44,236 nucleotides of DNA. It comes from Nemertoderma westbladi (taxonomy: Eukaryota; Animalia; Xenacoelomorpha). How positions within the stretch are numbered: position 1 is the stretch's first letter; each line of letters begins with the position of its first letter. Below are positions 10,765 to 22,746 of the stretch, piece by piece. Under the pieces are notes generated by a model. That model had not been told where the DNA came from, did not search any database, and saw only the letters and a program-made list of their open reading frames with translations. A program made the translations under genes and the position numbers. The DNA lies in the NCBI GenBank assembly GCA_032718475.1, contig JAUCBJ010001121.1:1-44236 (forward strand), given 5' to 3'.

Positions 10765-12672
10765 TACTACTACTAGGATCGGCATGCTGCATTGCAGCTG
10801 CATTTTTAAAATTACTGACTCTGTTCTAATAAGCTGATGAGCCGTCGGGCTCCCTCTAGTGAATTTGAGAGTACTTCTAAGTCATCAGCAAAGTCTAGAT
10901 CAGTTAGGTACTTGGCAGGATTTCCTCCACTTCTGGACCCAGTAGGTTGATTTACCATCACATCATCATCATTATGATGATCTAAGGACTTGCGTAGAAC
11001 ATAGTCAACCATAATTATGAACAAGAATGGTGCAAGTGTGTCTCCCTGGAGGACGCCCCATAACACTTCAAATGGTTCTGTGTCACCGTCAACAGTAGAC
11101 ACAAATGTTGTCGAACCATCGTATACTTATCTGATTGCTGCAATAATTTCATCAGGAATCCCATATAATGAAAGTATGCTGAACATACGTGAGCGAGATA
11201 CTGAATCAAAGGCCTTGAAGAAGTCAACAAATATAGCAGCCAGTTGCCTGTCTTTCTTTTTTGATAACTCTTCAATTATCCTTCTAAGCGCCAAAATGGG
11301 CTCCATGGTCCCACGACCTTTACGGAACCCATTCTGGTTTCCACGCAGCAGTCTCTCAATGGGATCCCTGATGCGATTTATTAGAATTCTATTGTATAGC
11401 TTATTGCAGCAATCGAGATCAATGAGATTCCCCGAAAAGAACCATAGAGTGTTAGGTTGCCCTTCTTGGGAACTGGCACCAACTTGTTTGTTTTCATTTC
11501 TTGTGGGACTCTTGTTGTTCTGTACATGTCTACTATGATTGGATAGATGAGCTTTAAACACTCAGGTATTTTAAAGACCGTAGGGGGAACACCATCAACT
11601 CCACTGGCACGATTGGTCTTAATGCTCTTTGCAGCAGCCTTGAATTCTGGAAAGGAGATATCGCCAATGGGAATATCTGGAAGTACAGACTCAGACACTT
11701 TACTTCTATAAAGTTATCAGGCAATACCCTGTCATTATTGAGGAGCTTTTCAAAGTGGGCCTTCCAACCATTGAGGCGATCGGCTGGTGATTCTGCCCTA
11801 ACCTTGGTGGTTGGTTGGCTTTTCCGCCCAGTAAGCAATTTGATCGATTTCCATGCCTGGGATGATTGCCTGCTGTCGTCAGCATCATTGACCGCATCAG
11901 GTTTATTAGCTCCTGTAGATTATCAGAGTACTGCCTGTTCAGGGACCTAGATGCAGGGCCGCTGTAGTCTGTATGAGTCGGGACTCTTTCTGCGCCTTAT
12001 AGAGGTCATTTCGGCACTTCTGAATTTTGTGGTCAGTCCAGGGGACCCTTTTCCTGTTTCGAGGGTATACAGAAACTGTTTCTGCAGCTGCGAAAAGCTG
12101 GATCTCACACTTGGCTGTTGCAACAGAGAGGACCAGTCATGCCGCGGCAAGGCAGATTTCGTTCTGCTAGCACGCAGACTAAGTCTTACCTTGACCACAA
12201 TAAGGCGGTCATCACTGGAGAAGGATCGAAGTGTAAATGCATTACAGTCTTGTATAGAGCTCCTTTTCTACGAAACGGAATATGGGACTTGTGACCACTG
12301 GGTCCACTATGAGTCCATAGCTTTCCTGTTCCCTTCTTGAACTGGGTTCCAGCCGAAAACAATCCATTTCCAGAGATACAATTCTGAAGATGGACGGAAT
12401 TTCGGTTAACACTAACGCTATAAACCCAGGGCGATGTTGGAGATTGATGCAGACTTGCATTTAAGTCATTAAGGAATCCCTCTCCCCCTAACAATCTGGC
12501 CTTCCTGGTGACCCAGGGTTTGGGCCAGAAAGGTCATCAGGAAAGGGACTCGAAGAATTGTTTGCCGCTCTCTCTCAGTAGGGGGTGAGACAGGCAGCCG
12601 TTCAGGTTATAACAGATGCCTGTGAGGCCAATTGTGTCCGGTAATTCCACTGGCCTCTAATGGCCTGACTGA
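10765..12672 (-). mobile_element. RTE-clade LINE, TSD-flanked, internally deleted and frameshifted
   Basis: RT motifs NQNGFRKGR, IFVDFFKAFDSV, GVLQGDTLAPFLF, DLDFADD and endonuclease remnants. The 3' end matches the end of the 6527-6746 copy with a (TAG)n tail. The 13-bp direct repeat ctgactactctac lies at 10752-10764 and 12673-12685. Confidence 0.93.
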
Positions 12673-13139
12673 CTGACTACTCTACCCGATAGAACAAAAT
12701 AATAATTTCGCTAACCGCTCTCTCTCTTCTATAATCACAACAGCTTTTTTAATTCATTAGATGATTACAACATAATAATTATAGTTTGAAGTTGTCTAGA
12801 AAATTTATCGTATACCCCCAGGACTACCCTCACACTAATTTATTATCAGACAGAACAAAAAGCTTTTACTTGACTCTTACTATCTCCTACGACTTGCTTC
12901 ACGGGCCACTAGGCCCGTCTCTAGTATTTTATTCTTACCAAAAGCGGATGAAAAAGTGTCCCATAGGATTGAATCATTGGATCATAATATTTTTTGGTGG
13001 ATTTACTTAAATTTTATTGCATGTGTTGAAAAAGCATCGACGTAGAAATTGTAATTTGAGCAAACTTTATGAACACACAAAAGTTAATATAACTTTAGTG
13101 TCTGCAAGGCGAACACCAAAACGGAAATTAATATCCGGG

Positions 13140-14025
13140 AAATCCAGCAATGCAGCTTACTGATATAGACTTTACTGATGACTGTATTGTCAGAATCACT
13201 AGAGGGAGCCCGAAGACTCCTCTGCTCATTGGGGCAGGTTGCTTCTATTGATGGTCTTTTTGTAAACTCCAAGAAGACCAACATCATGACAATCAACCTA
13301 GACAGCGCTCAAGAAATGTCTGATGATAAGGGCTCTAAGCATGGCTTGTTTGAGCACGTGGATGACTTGTGCTACTTGGGATCATTTATTATTGGTGTTA
13401 TGTGTGAATAAGTGGTTTCATATTATTATAACTTTTTTGTTGGGCACAGCTTTTGCAAAGTCGGCAATGACATCCAGGTGGGATCGAACTGGACTCATTG
13501 CCGACTTTGCAAAAGCTGTGCCCAACAAAAAGTTATAATACAGTAGTACAGTACATATATATATAGTACATATGCATATATAGTGCAAATATAGTACAAG
13601 TCACCTTCGGATAGGTAAAGGGAAGGCATGGGCAGCGTTAAATAGTCTGTCCAGGATTTGGAAGTACCATAGAATAAAACGGAACCTTAAGGTTCGATTA
13701 TGTATGGCAGTAGTAGTACCAGTACTCTTATACCGGAGTCCATGCTGGGCTCTAACTGCAGAGGATACCAAGTCTCTGGATGGCCCTTACACAAGAATGC
13801 TGTGCCGGGTTCAATGTGTCAAGTACAATGAACACATCTCCAATCAGACTCTATACAACATTAGAGGTGTTCCATTAGTCTCCCCTAGCTTGATACTTGA
13901 ACGGAACCGCCTCCGCTTTGCATGACATTGCTTTCGCCATGAGGACCATCCAGTGCATAATCTTGTGCTTTGGCGGGCTCATGGAGTGAACAAGCATGTT
14001 GGATAGCCCACGCCGGCACAGCATC
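13140..14025 (+). mobile_element. Decayed RTE LINE 3' part, interrupted by a hairpin-containing insert
   Basis: LTDIDFTDD..SLEGARRLL..VNSKKT..CYLGS, then RIGKGKAWAALNSL, VVVPVLLY..WALT..SLDGPYTRML, ..RLRF. Same family as the 10765-12672 copy. Confidence 0.88.
13424..13540. repeat. Near-perfect ~46-bp inverted repeat (hairpin/MITE)
   Basis: tattataac(T)6gttgggcacagcttttgcaaagtcggcaatga ... tcattgccgactttgcaaaagctgtgcccaac(A)5gttataata. Confidence 0.9.
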
Positions 14026-14534
14026 GGCTAACCCGAGAAATATGTGCTCCCGCATATTTGTTTCTGTTTGCTTTACTACTTCGCTAGTTTGCCGACTTGT
14101 TATAGTTAAGCACTGCATGCACTCTTTCCAAATTTAAGATGAATCTAATTGTTGGTTCTATAATTACAGTTACGTTTGTCAATTAGCCTCCTAGCGACAG
14201 ACAGATGAACTATAAAGGTATGTCAGTGTGTCTAATTCTAATTAAGCTATGCTCATAGAGCACTCCTACCAGATTTCAGATGAATCTGATGGATTGTACT
14301 ATAAAATTGCAGCAACAACGCCTACGTTTCTGACAATTCGCCTCTAGCGGCAGACAGAGGAACTATATAAGTCTGTCTTTGTGTACAATTACAAAATTTT
14401 TCAAGTTTACCAAGTTTATTGCACATGGCACATGCCCCCCCCCCCCCCCCCCCCCTCACTCTAAGCTGTCATCAATTCAAACGGTCTGCCCTTTTGAGAA
14501 AAGTTCCCATTTCCTTGAGCACATACTAACTACT

Positions 14535-14797
14535 ACTGTAACTGTACTACTACTACTGTAGATCGAGCGAACTCAGGCAGTGGAAATGAGATCCTTTCAG
14601 GGCTTCCCGATTCTCCATAGTTGTCGCAAATTCGTTTCTCTCAAGTTCAATATCTCTTTCAAGCTGGTCTATATTTGTTATAGCTGGTCGTCCACTGCTA
14701 CACTTTCCATGTGTTGGTTGCCAGAAAAGTAGATCTGGTGGTATGACCTCGTCTTTACTTCTCCAGCAGGCAGCAGAACTGAATCTTAATCTGCGTT
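14535..14797 (-). mobile_element. 3' end of a second RTE family with TAG-rich tail
   Basis: The reverse strand reads RRLRF..CWRSKDEVIPPDLLFWQPTHGKCSSGRPAITNIDQLERDI..MENRE, followed by tagtagtag. Confidence 0.75.
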
Positions 14798-16556
14798 AAC
14801 GGGGGTGGTTGATACCGTGATTTCGTCAGTGTTTTCGTGATTTCGAGTGATCAAGTGATTTCGTCAGTATCCGGTTTTCACCCCAGTATACAAGTACACT
14901 TTCCACTGTGGCTTGCGCTTGAGCACATATTATTATTATTTTATATTCACTATATTGAAGAAGTATTAATAACTTTTTTGCAATAATTTAACCTTTAATA
15001 TAATAATAACAATAATTTAGCTTATTGTGTTATTGTGTACTGCTGACTATAGAGTTGACTGCTCTAATAGTTGAAATGTATCTCTAATATTAATTAAAAT
15101 CGTAGAGGGAAGTTGAATTTTGTTTTGGCAACATTATTCATTCTGTAGTGGAGGTGTATTCAGCTTCCGATAAAATTTGTCTTTTTCAATTCCGTTTTAT
15201 AGCAACACGATATCTATCGGCATAAATAATTTGAAAATACTGTAGAAATACACTTCTGGTTATGGGTGTATCAAATGCGTTGAAACTGGTGGCCCTATTC
15301 CACTAATGAGGGTATAGAATATATTAATTATATGACCTAAACGACAGAAACCCACTGTTTATGTAATCCTTCGTATCCAAATGGATTAATTAGAGAAGGA
15401 ATTCGTCGCAGCTATCCTAATGCAAGCTGCATAAGTAATTACTGATGTATTTGTAACTAATATTAATTATTTTTGTAACATTGTGGTGATAAAGGACTTG
15501 TGTAACGTGAAGCCAATTATTATATGCGTGTGATTTCCAATTTGTAATAAATTAATATTACTACACATTCATTAAAATTGTACAATTAAAAGGATAAAAA
15601 ATCCCTTCCATTCCCTAAACTCAAAATTGTGAAGAAATTTTACACATAAAATAATTGCAAAAATGTTCATAGAAACCTCACAATATATTCTAAGCAATTT
15701 AAATTACAAAATTAATATAAAAAATCTATCAGAGTCGGCAACTATAGGCATTGAATTCGCATTTTTACCAGCGAAAATAGTAATATAAGAAAGTGTAAAA
15801 ATATTTTTGGTGGAATTTCTTAAATTTTATTACATGTGTTAAAAAGGCATCGAAGTATCTTTAGTGTCTTCAAGGCGTTCTTGAAAACCAGAATTCAATA
15901 GTTGGGCTACTCTCTACTTAATAAATATTCGATAACATTAAATTGCGTAAAGGCAGCATTCATCACGAGTTGAAGAGTACAATAAGTGGAATCGCAGTAG
16001 CTATTGAGAAGCATTATAATAAAATACTGCAGTTCAACTTATTTTGTAATACTATTTCTTTATCTTTTATTAAAGAATTAAACAACAAAAAATATAAATT
16101 TAAGAATAAAATTATGTATTACATGAGAAAAAACATATAAATTTTTTTTCAATATTCTCTTGATCCTTTATTTACCTCGCCGCCGCTCCGTAAATAAAAT
16201 ACATCGATAATAGTGAAAAAAAGTTCCACTTTTCACCAAAGTAATAAATAATGATTTTTTACACTGCACACGGATGTATCACGGAGGTTTTACTTATTTA
16301 ATTGGGCAAAGCGTTCCAGAATGGATAAATCAACAAGTGTGAAGAATGTTAGTTGCAGTTTAGTATAATTATAAGTTAATTTACTTTTGTATGTGTATAC
16401 TGTTGTACAAGGATAAGCGACTACACACACATGAGATACGTGTGTAAACTATTCACACCACAGTTGAGCCCGTTACGAGGTTACGAGTTAAGTTACAGTC
16501 AATGTGACAAATAATACGTGTTTTAGGTCATCATTAAATAATTAATTTACTGCATC

Positions 16557-17981
16557 CTAATCCGCTTCATTAATTGAGGCTACAACTTTTCTTGAACGAT
16601 CACCAATTGTCTGAAAGCTTAGAAAAAGCAGAACTATTAATGCGAGAACGCAACTCGCACCAGGTCCGTATATAAGCACATCCTGATAATAATACTCACA
16701 ATAACTACAACACTTTAAGCACGGCTGCAAAGTTTGTATGATAACAACAACAATCCCATTGGATAATTTATCTGTAAAACTCATAAACCCATATACGAAT
16801 GCCCCACTCCCAGTATCGCGGTTAATCAGCCGCGCTACCATGGATAACGACATAACCAATAGCGTAGAGTTGCCGCAGCCAATGAGAACAGCGGGTCCGA
16901 TCACGTACAATCCAATATCTCCGACCATTATCCATACACAAGCCGCCAACACCATAATACAGCCAAAGAAATGGGTTAACTTTACCCCGATATAGTTCGA
17001 GACTTTCTGAATAGCAAAGGAAGATGTAAAACCGCTTATAAACACAACCAAAGGAACTACTGCGATGTAAATCTTTGGAAGCTTCAATGACTCGCTCAAA
17101 TACAGCGGCAAGTATGCTTGTCCGATATTCACAGTCAAACGAGTGCACATATATAGGACAGCTAGCAGGTAGAACTGTCCGTTCTTTAGCCAATCTTTCC
17201 ATGTTAACATAGCATCGTCATAACTTACGGTATCGGCGATGCAACTGTTAGTGCAACTTCCTTTACAGACCGATGGGGGAAGCCCGCAACCGTCTACGCA
17301 TGTCAGCAGCTGTCGCGGTGGGTTGTTATTCTCTTTGACCCCGATGTGGAACACGACGCAACAGAGGGCTCCTACCGCGACGACGATGATGGAAAGATAA
17401 CCGAATGTTGGGGCGTCCGCAACGGACACACCAGCGGTTGATGTCGACGATTTGTTGAGAAGGACGAACGCGACTGCGTAGACGAACATGTTTGCGGAGA
17501 CGGTGAAGGTGTAGCGAATCGCGTTGAGACTTACCCGTTCGGTGTCGCTTTGGGTTAGATCCGGGATCAACGCAAGATGGGAGATCTGTGTGGCCGCCCA
17601 ACCGCACTGGAATATAACAATAAAAGGGGCGTAGTAGATGAATTGGGCCCAATCTGGGTCGCCAGAGCAACCGATACAAAGATTGAAAGTGAACGGGAAG
17701 CTGACAGCTACGCACACACAGCCAATCAGATGCCAGGATTTCCTACGGCCGTAACCAAACATTCCCGTGGTGGATCTGTCGCTTTCATAGCCGACCACAG
17801 GGGTCAGTAGCCCATCGGTTATCTGACCAATCAGGAGTAAGTAGCCGGCGAGGGAGTTGGTGAAGTTCTCGACGCAATGGAAGAATACTAAGAGATAGGA
17901 CCACCACATAGCAGCGCACAGGTCGTTTAGTACGTGACCTACTCCGTAGCAAAACCATTGGCGGTAGGACAATACAGCCAT
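16557..17981 (-). CDS. MFSD12: MFSD12-like major facilitator transporter, intronless, 474 aa
   Basis: YGVGHVLNDLCAAMW, GQITDGLLTPVVGYESD, YGRRKSWHLIG, FQCGWAATQISHLALIP, LYMCTRL and GAFVYGFMSFTDKLSNG are MFSD12 family signatures. Multiple TM segments. Confidence 0.93.
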   Translation of the reverse strand: MAVLSYRQWFCYGVGHVLNDLCAAMWWSYLLVFFHCVENFTNSLAGYLLLIGQITDGLLTPVVGYESDRSTTGMFGYGRRKSWHLIGCVCVAVSFPFTFNLCIGCSGDPDWAQFIYYAPFIVIFQCGWAATQISHLALIPDLTQSDTERVSLNAIRYTFTVSANMFVYAVAFVLLNKSSTSTAGVSVADAPTFGYLSIIVVAVGALCCVVFHIGVKENNNPPRQLLTCVDGCGLPPSVCKGSCTNSCIADTVSYDDAMLTWKDWLKNGQFYLLAVLYMCTRLTVNIGQAYLPLYLSESLKLPKIYIAVVPLVVFISGFTSSFAIQKVSNYIGVKLTHFFGCIMVLAACVWIMVGDIGLYVIGPAVLIGCGNSTLLVMSLSMVARLINRDTGSGAFVYGFMSFTDKLSNGIVVVIIQTLQPCLKCCSYCEYYYQDVLIYGPGASCVLALIVLLFLSFQTIGDRSRKVVASINEAD

Positions 17982-18909
17982 TATGCACTCTAAACTTAAT
18001 GAGGATGGCTCATATTACATGAGAAAAAAAATAACAATATCATTAAAACCTTTTTATATATAACATAATAATACATACACCTACTAAATAAATAAAAGTC
18101 ATAGTGTATATTTAATTTGATTGTCAAAAGCAACTAAAATAATCAAACTTGTTATATCTTGTCACGTATATAATGTTCGCCCCGGCAATTTTTAACACCC
18201 CCCCCCCCCCCCCTAACAAATCCCACTCCTCTCGACCCCCCCCCCCCCCCCCCACCCACTCCCACCCCCGCCCCCCCAAAAAAAATATCAGATTAAATTC
18301 CTGTAAGTTTAATTGTTAAATTCATTTTAGCTTGATTAAATAAACAAACGCCTGAATACACGTTAGACACTCAAAATGTGTAGTAGTGGGTTGAGAATCA
18401 AGTAACACATTAGAATCACTCGATGTTACCAACTTGGCACCGTTTTGATCCCAATTTTTGCCCGCCAGTTGTCTTGCGCCCGGGGCGAACCCCCCCCCCC
18501 CCCCCCCCCCCCCGTCAGCCCCAACCATGTGACGCTATTGAGTGACTAAGTTTAATTTAATCATTCCAATTATTTATCATGTAAAAGACAATTTATATAA
18601 CTTAAATACCTTATTATTAAACAGTAATTAGCACAACTTTACCTAATTATAACAATTAATAATAAAATGTATATAAAACTATAAGTATTTAATACAGTAC
18701 CGATAAATTAATATAAAGTATGATTTATTGTTAAGTAAATAAATATGTTCCGAGTTTGTTACGCTTGAAAAAACATGTATGTTCGATAATATCTTAGAGA
18801 GATCAAAGTACTACAGATACTATTTCATTTCTTACAGTATATAACATAATGCAGAGTTATTCAAGTTTGTTATCATCTCTTTGACATCAGTTTCAGTCTT
18901 ACAGTTAAC

Positions 18910-20280
18910 TTAGGTCGGATAACCGGCGAGAGTTACCCAGTTGTATGTGCCGCCTCCTAAATGCAACGTGTTCATAGTATCCGGAAACTCACCCGCAGAC
19001 AATTCGAAAGTGCTTTCTTCCGGCGCGGCTGTGGTGTTAGAAGTTGAAACAAAACCAATAACAATGGTCCAATGTCCGCATACAACCTTGATTGACCTAA
19101 TAGATACATTTGTTCCTTGTGGCACTCCATCAATGTTGAAAGTGTAACTTACGTCAAATTTTAAGGCTCCATTATATTCCGAGTGAAGACCCTGAAAATT
19201 AATCTCTGAATACAAGATAATAGAGGAATACAGACAATTATCGTTGGATGGAGATGACATGCCAACTTTCTCTATGGACTTTATCCCTTTTCTCCACGCG
19301 GCAATAACCCCCTTGAATGCATCCGTGGGTAAATAAGGGTATGTACCGGGATAAAGCAATTCCGAATGGCCTGTATAGTGAGCGTTAGACCACACCTTCC
19401 AGATACCACTAACTACGATAGCTGTGACCATGTTATCTCCAAAATCGAGTACTTCCCTTTTGTTTAGATAGTAATATGGGTGGTTGTGTAGGTCGGTGGG
19501 GTTCTTACTGAGAATAACGACACCCTCCGCCGGCAGGGCGATTACATGACAGAAGAACACCCCCGACATACTACAGCCCGTGTCGAAGAAGTACGTCCCA
19601 TCGGCGAAAGAGCGCGGCCGCGGGTAGTCGCCGGGGTAGAGTGTCGTCCAGAAACCGCCGTGGTTCGCGATCAACCAAGTCCCGCAGACAACGCGTATCG
19701 AGTTGTAGAAGTAGCTGACGCGATCGTGCGATGTGAACGTCAGTGTCAATGACTCGCCCCTAAAATCCGCGTCCTCATAAAATATTATAGTTGGTGAACC
19801 GCAAGGCAACACCAACCCATCGTCAGGTTGATTCTCAACATTAGCAGTGGTAACATTTATCGATGTTATCAACTCTTCCAGGTGCTTTAAGAAGTTATTG
19901 GTTTGTATCTGATTACTGTCGGAGGCTAACTTCATCCAAACAAGAAAAGCGATCGCCCCGCAGAGTAGCAATGCGAACACGACTAGGCTTAAGGTTAATC
20001 TTTTGCCTGGAGATTGTTTCGACGCAGTCGCAGATTGCTTCGGTGTCGCTCGAATAGTTTCGTAGATGTTTGATTGGTACGTGGGCGGGTGCGGTTGTGG
20101 ACGTGACTGTAATGTTGGAAGTACGTAGTCGCTGTCTGTGTTACCATGGTGACCGTGGGGGTTTCCTTGGGGAACGTATTGGGGATTGTCGACGCCGAAC
20201 TTCGTTGTTGATTCGTTGAGAGGTTCCACATTCTGGTAAGGCGCTGCAGCCATCTCTATGTTACTCAAATTTCTACTCAT
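18910..20280 (-). CDS. Type II single-pass membrane protein with C-terminal beta/gamma-crystallin (Greek-key) domains
   Basis: First ATG at 20280 (the track starts at TTG 20301). TM segment LTLSLVVFALLLCGAIAFLVWM. Crystallin-like motifs IIFYEDADFRGE..SIRVVCGTW..LYPGDYP, VVSGIWKVW..YTG..LYPGTYP, IILYSEINFQG..SIKVVCGHW..GEFP. Confidence 0.8.
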   Translation of the reverse strand: MSRNLSNIEMAAAPYQNVEPLNESTTKFGVDNPQYVPQGNPHGHHGNTDSDYVLPTLQSRPQPHPPTYQSNIYETIRATPKQSATASKQSPGKRLTLSLVVFALLLCGAIAFLVWMKLASDSNQIQTNNFLKHLEELITSINVTTANVENQPDDGLVLPCGSPTIIFYEDADFRGESLTLTFTSHDRVSYFYNSIRVVCGTWLIANHGGFWTTLYPGDYPRPRSFADGTYFFDTGCSMSGVFFCHVIALPAEGVVILSKNPTDLHNHPYYYLNKREVLDFGDNMVTAIVVSGIWKVWSNAHYTGHSELLYPGTYPYLPTDAFKGVIAAWRKGIKSIEKVGMSSPSNDNCLYSSIILYSEINFQGLHSEYNGALKFDVSYTFNIDGVPQGTNVSIRSIKVVCGHWTIVIGFVSTSNTTAAPEESTFELSAGEFPDTMNTLHLGGGTYNWVTLAGYPT

Positions 20281-20628
20281 TTCTTTCAATCTAGATGACA
20301 ATAATAATAATAATATAACTTGTATTTATATCAAGTCTTATAATTTAAGACTATATTACTGTACGTGCATTTTTTTCCCTAGGGAAAAAATTAATCAATA
20401 GTCGATTGCATTGATTTCCCTTTTTTCCCGCCGAGAAAAGGTAAAATGAAATATTTTTTCTACTACAGTACCATTAAATTACATTTTTTATTAAATTGTA
20501 CTTTTTTCCACTACTTTCATATAAACCCATTAACAAATCAACTTCTTTTTTTTTAATGCCCATTAAAAATAAATACCTTGCTTTTCACTATACCTACTAC
20601 AGATGGGGGAGGGGGGGGGGGGGGACTG

Positions 20629-20775
20629 GACGCAATAAAAATTCATCCCTCTCCAGGGGAAATGCGACGCAAATAACAGCTGATTACTCTCAAAAATAAA
20701 ACTGTAACCTGTTCTATTGTGTTTAATTTATTGTTTTGGTTAAAATAACGTGCCACTGTAACCTCCTCCTTTCCC
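20629..20775 (+). repeat. Dispersed ~150-bp repeat family, copy 2
   Basis: Aligns by eye with 2835-2945 and with the reverse complement of 23481-23620. Confidence 0.75.
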
Positions 20776-22746
20776 TAAATTGATAATTTAACATTGAGGC
20801 GGGATATTAATTCGCCCCCTGTCTCGCCTACTAACGATATAGTGTTACAAAATAAATTGAACTATACTATTTAATATATTGCTTCCATAGCTACTGCGAT
20901 TCCAATTATTGTACTCTTCAACTCCTGATGCTGCTTTACTCAATGTTAAATAATTTAGTGTTCTCGAATATTTATTACGTAACTAGAGAGCCGCTTAACA
21001 ACATAGACCAATATTGGATATTGAGTTCCGTTTTGGAGTTCGCCGCGCAGACACACTAAAGTTGCAATAACTTTTGAGTGTGTGAATGGATTTTTCTCAA
21101 ATTACTTGCAAACCTTTACTACGTCGATGGTCTTTCAGTTTCAACACAAGCAATACAATTTAAGAATTCCCACCAAAATTAGTATATTTTACTATTTCGC
21201 CCGGAAAAAAAATAAAATTAATGCAATCCTATGGGTTACTTTTTTCCCTATATCATTTTTGAATGTCGATTATCTTATATAACAAAATGATTTAAAAACA
21301 CACATCGTTTTCGATAAAATAAATAGTTATTTAAAAAATGAGAAAAATAATACCATATAAAATTATTTGATATTAAGTAATTTTCGGGTGCGGGTTTTTC
21401 CATCAACAATAAATTGTTATGTGTTGCCAACCGGGCAAGTAACGGTACTTTACAAATTAAAATCCCCCCCTTACAATGTTGGCAACTACTGCAGTATTAG
21501 GCTTTTGTTTTTGTTATAGTACAACTTAATTATTCAAACATACACGTACAGTTTAGTACCGATAGTTGTTTCCTATGCCAAAAATCAACATTGTTATTAC
21601 TCGGCCATTGTACAGTGCAATACATTATTAATATCGAATTATTTAATTGTTATTTGTGAGTTGTGACAAATCAAAATGGAAGAATTCTTGACTATTCATG
21701 CCACATAAACACATAACGTTCTGGAACATTTTGTTTATGGATGTGTCGCTACACAATATCGATTACTCTGCCCTCATTTAATGAGCTTTGTATTCGTTGG
21801 AAACTCGAAACGCATTCATAAGACAGAATAGTGAATTATTTGGTTCAAATTAACATTAGTGATAAAAACTTTTTATCGACTAACGTACAAACAGTACAGC
21901 AACCAAGGTGAGCCCCCCCTCCCCCCTCCCCTCGTTCATCGAGAAAGAAACCGAATCATGGGAATTTGTCTTTCTTTGTTGAAATAATTAAGTTTAATTA
22001 AAATTAGCACGGAAGTAGGCCTACTGTTCAGTTCATGCCATTTACAACTTCTATGTAATATTGCAATACCTACCTAAATACCTTATCAAACATACAGTTG
22101 TATTGTACCGCCAATTCGACGAACTATGCCCGACAAATGGTAGCACGCCTGCAATTGGTCTGTCAATTTTTTGCTAGACTATCCCCAGTCAAACTTCTAT
22201 TTATTGTTTTGGTTATCCTCTCCAGTCTCTGTAACTTCCGTTTATTGTTTTGGTTGTGCCAGCCAGTCTCTGAAGCTTGAGTTCATTGTTACGTTTTTCC
22301 CCATCAGTCTCTGCAACTTTGGTTTATTGTTTTGGTTGCATTCATACGTCCCTGTTGCCTGTTCGTTTACTAACCTACCAATAAGAGCCCAAGAGGGTAT
22401 CAAACAGGCAATTTACAAGCGCCTCTCCCTTTCGCTGCGCAGTTTGCCAAAATGCTGACGGTACGTAGGAATTATACGGAATTAAAATTGGGGGTTACAC
22501 GTTACAGCCAATAAGTTAATCAATTACTACAGAATCGACAAGATGTTTCGTTGGTCGGTGGACCGGGTACCACGAACCATCCCGTTTTATATGAATCTGC
22601 AAATAAACGATAATTAATATTGCTAGTATTGTAAATTATATTAATATTTAAAAAAATACACCATCTCCCTTAATACAACAACCATTTTTAGAAAGTCGGA
22701 ACACATTACAATCATATGCTACGAAATTTGATATAATGATAGTTTG

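Noticed and set aside
18175-18540. Poly-C tracts with inverted gttcgccccgg/ccggggcgaac
   Set aside because: Probably a common GC-rich MITE remnant. Boundaries could not be fixed and homopolymer lengths are unreliable.
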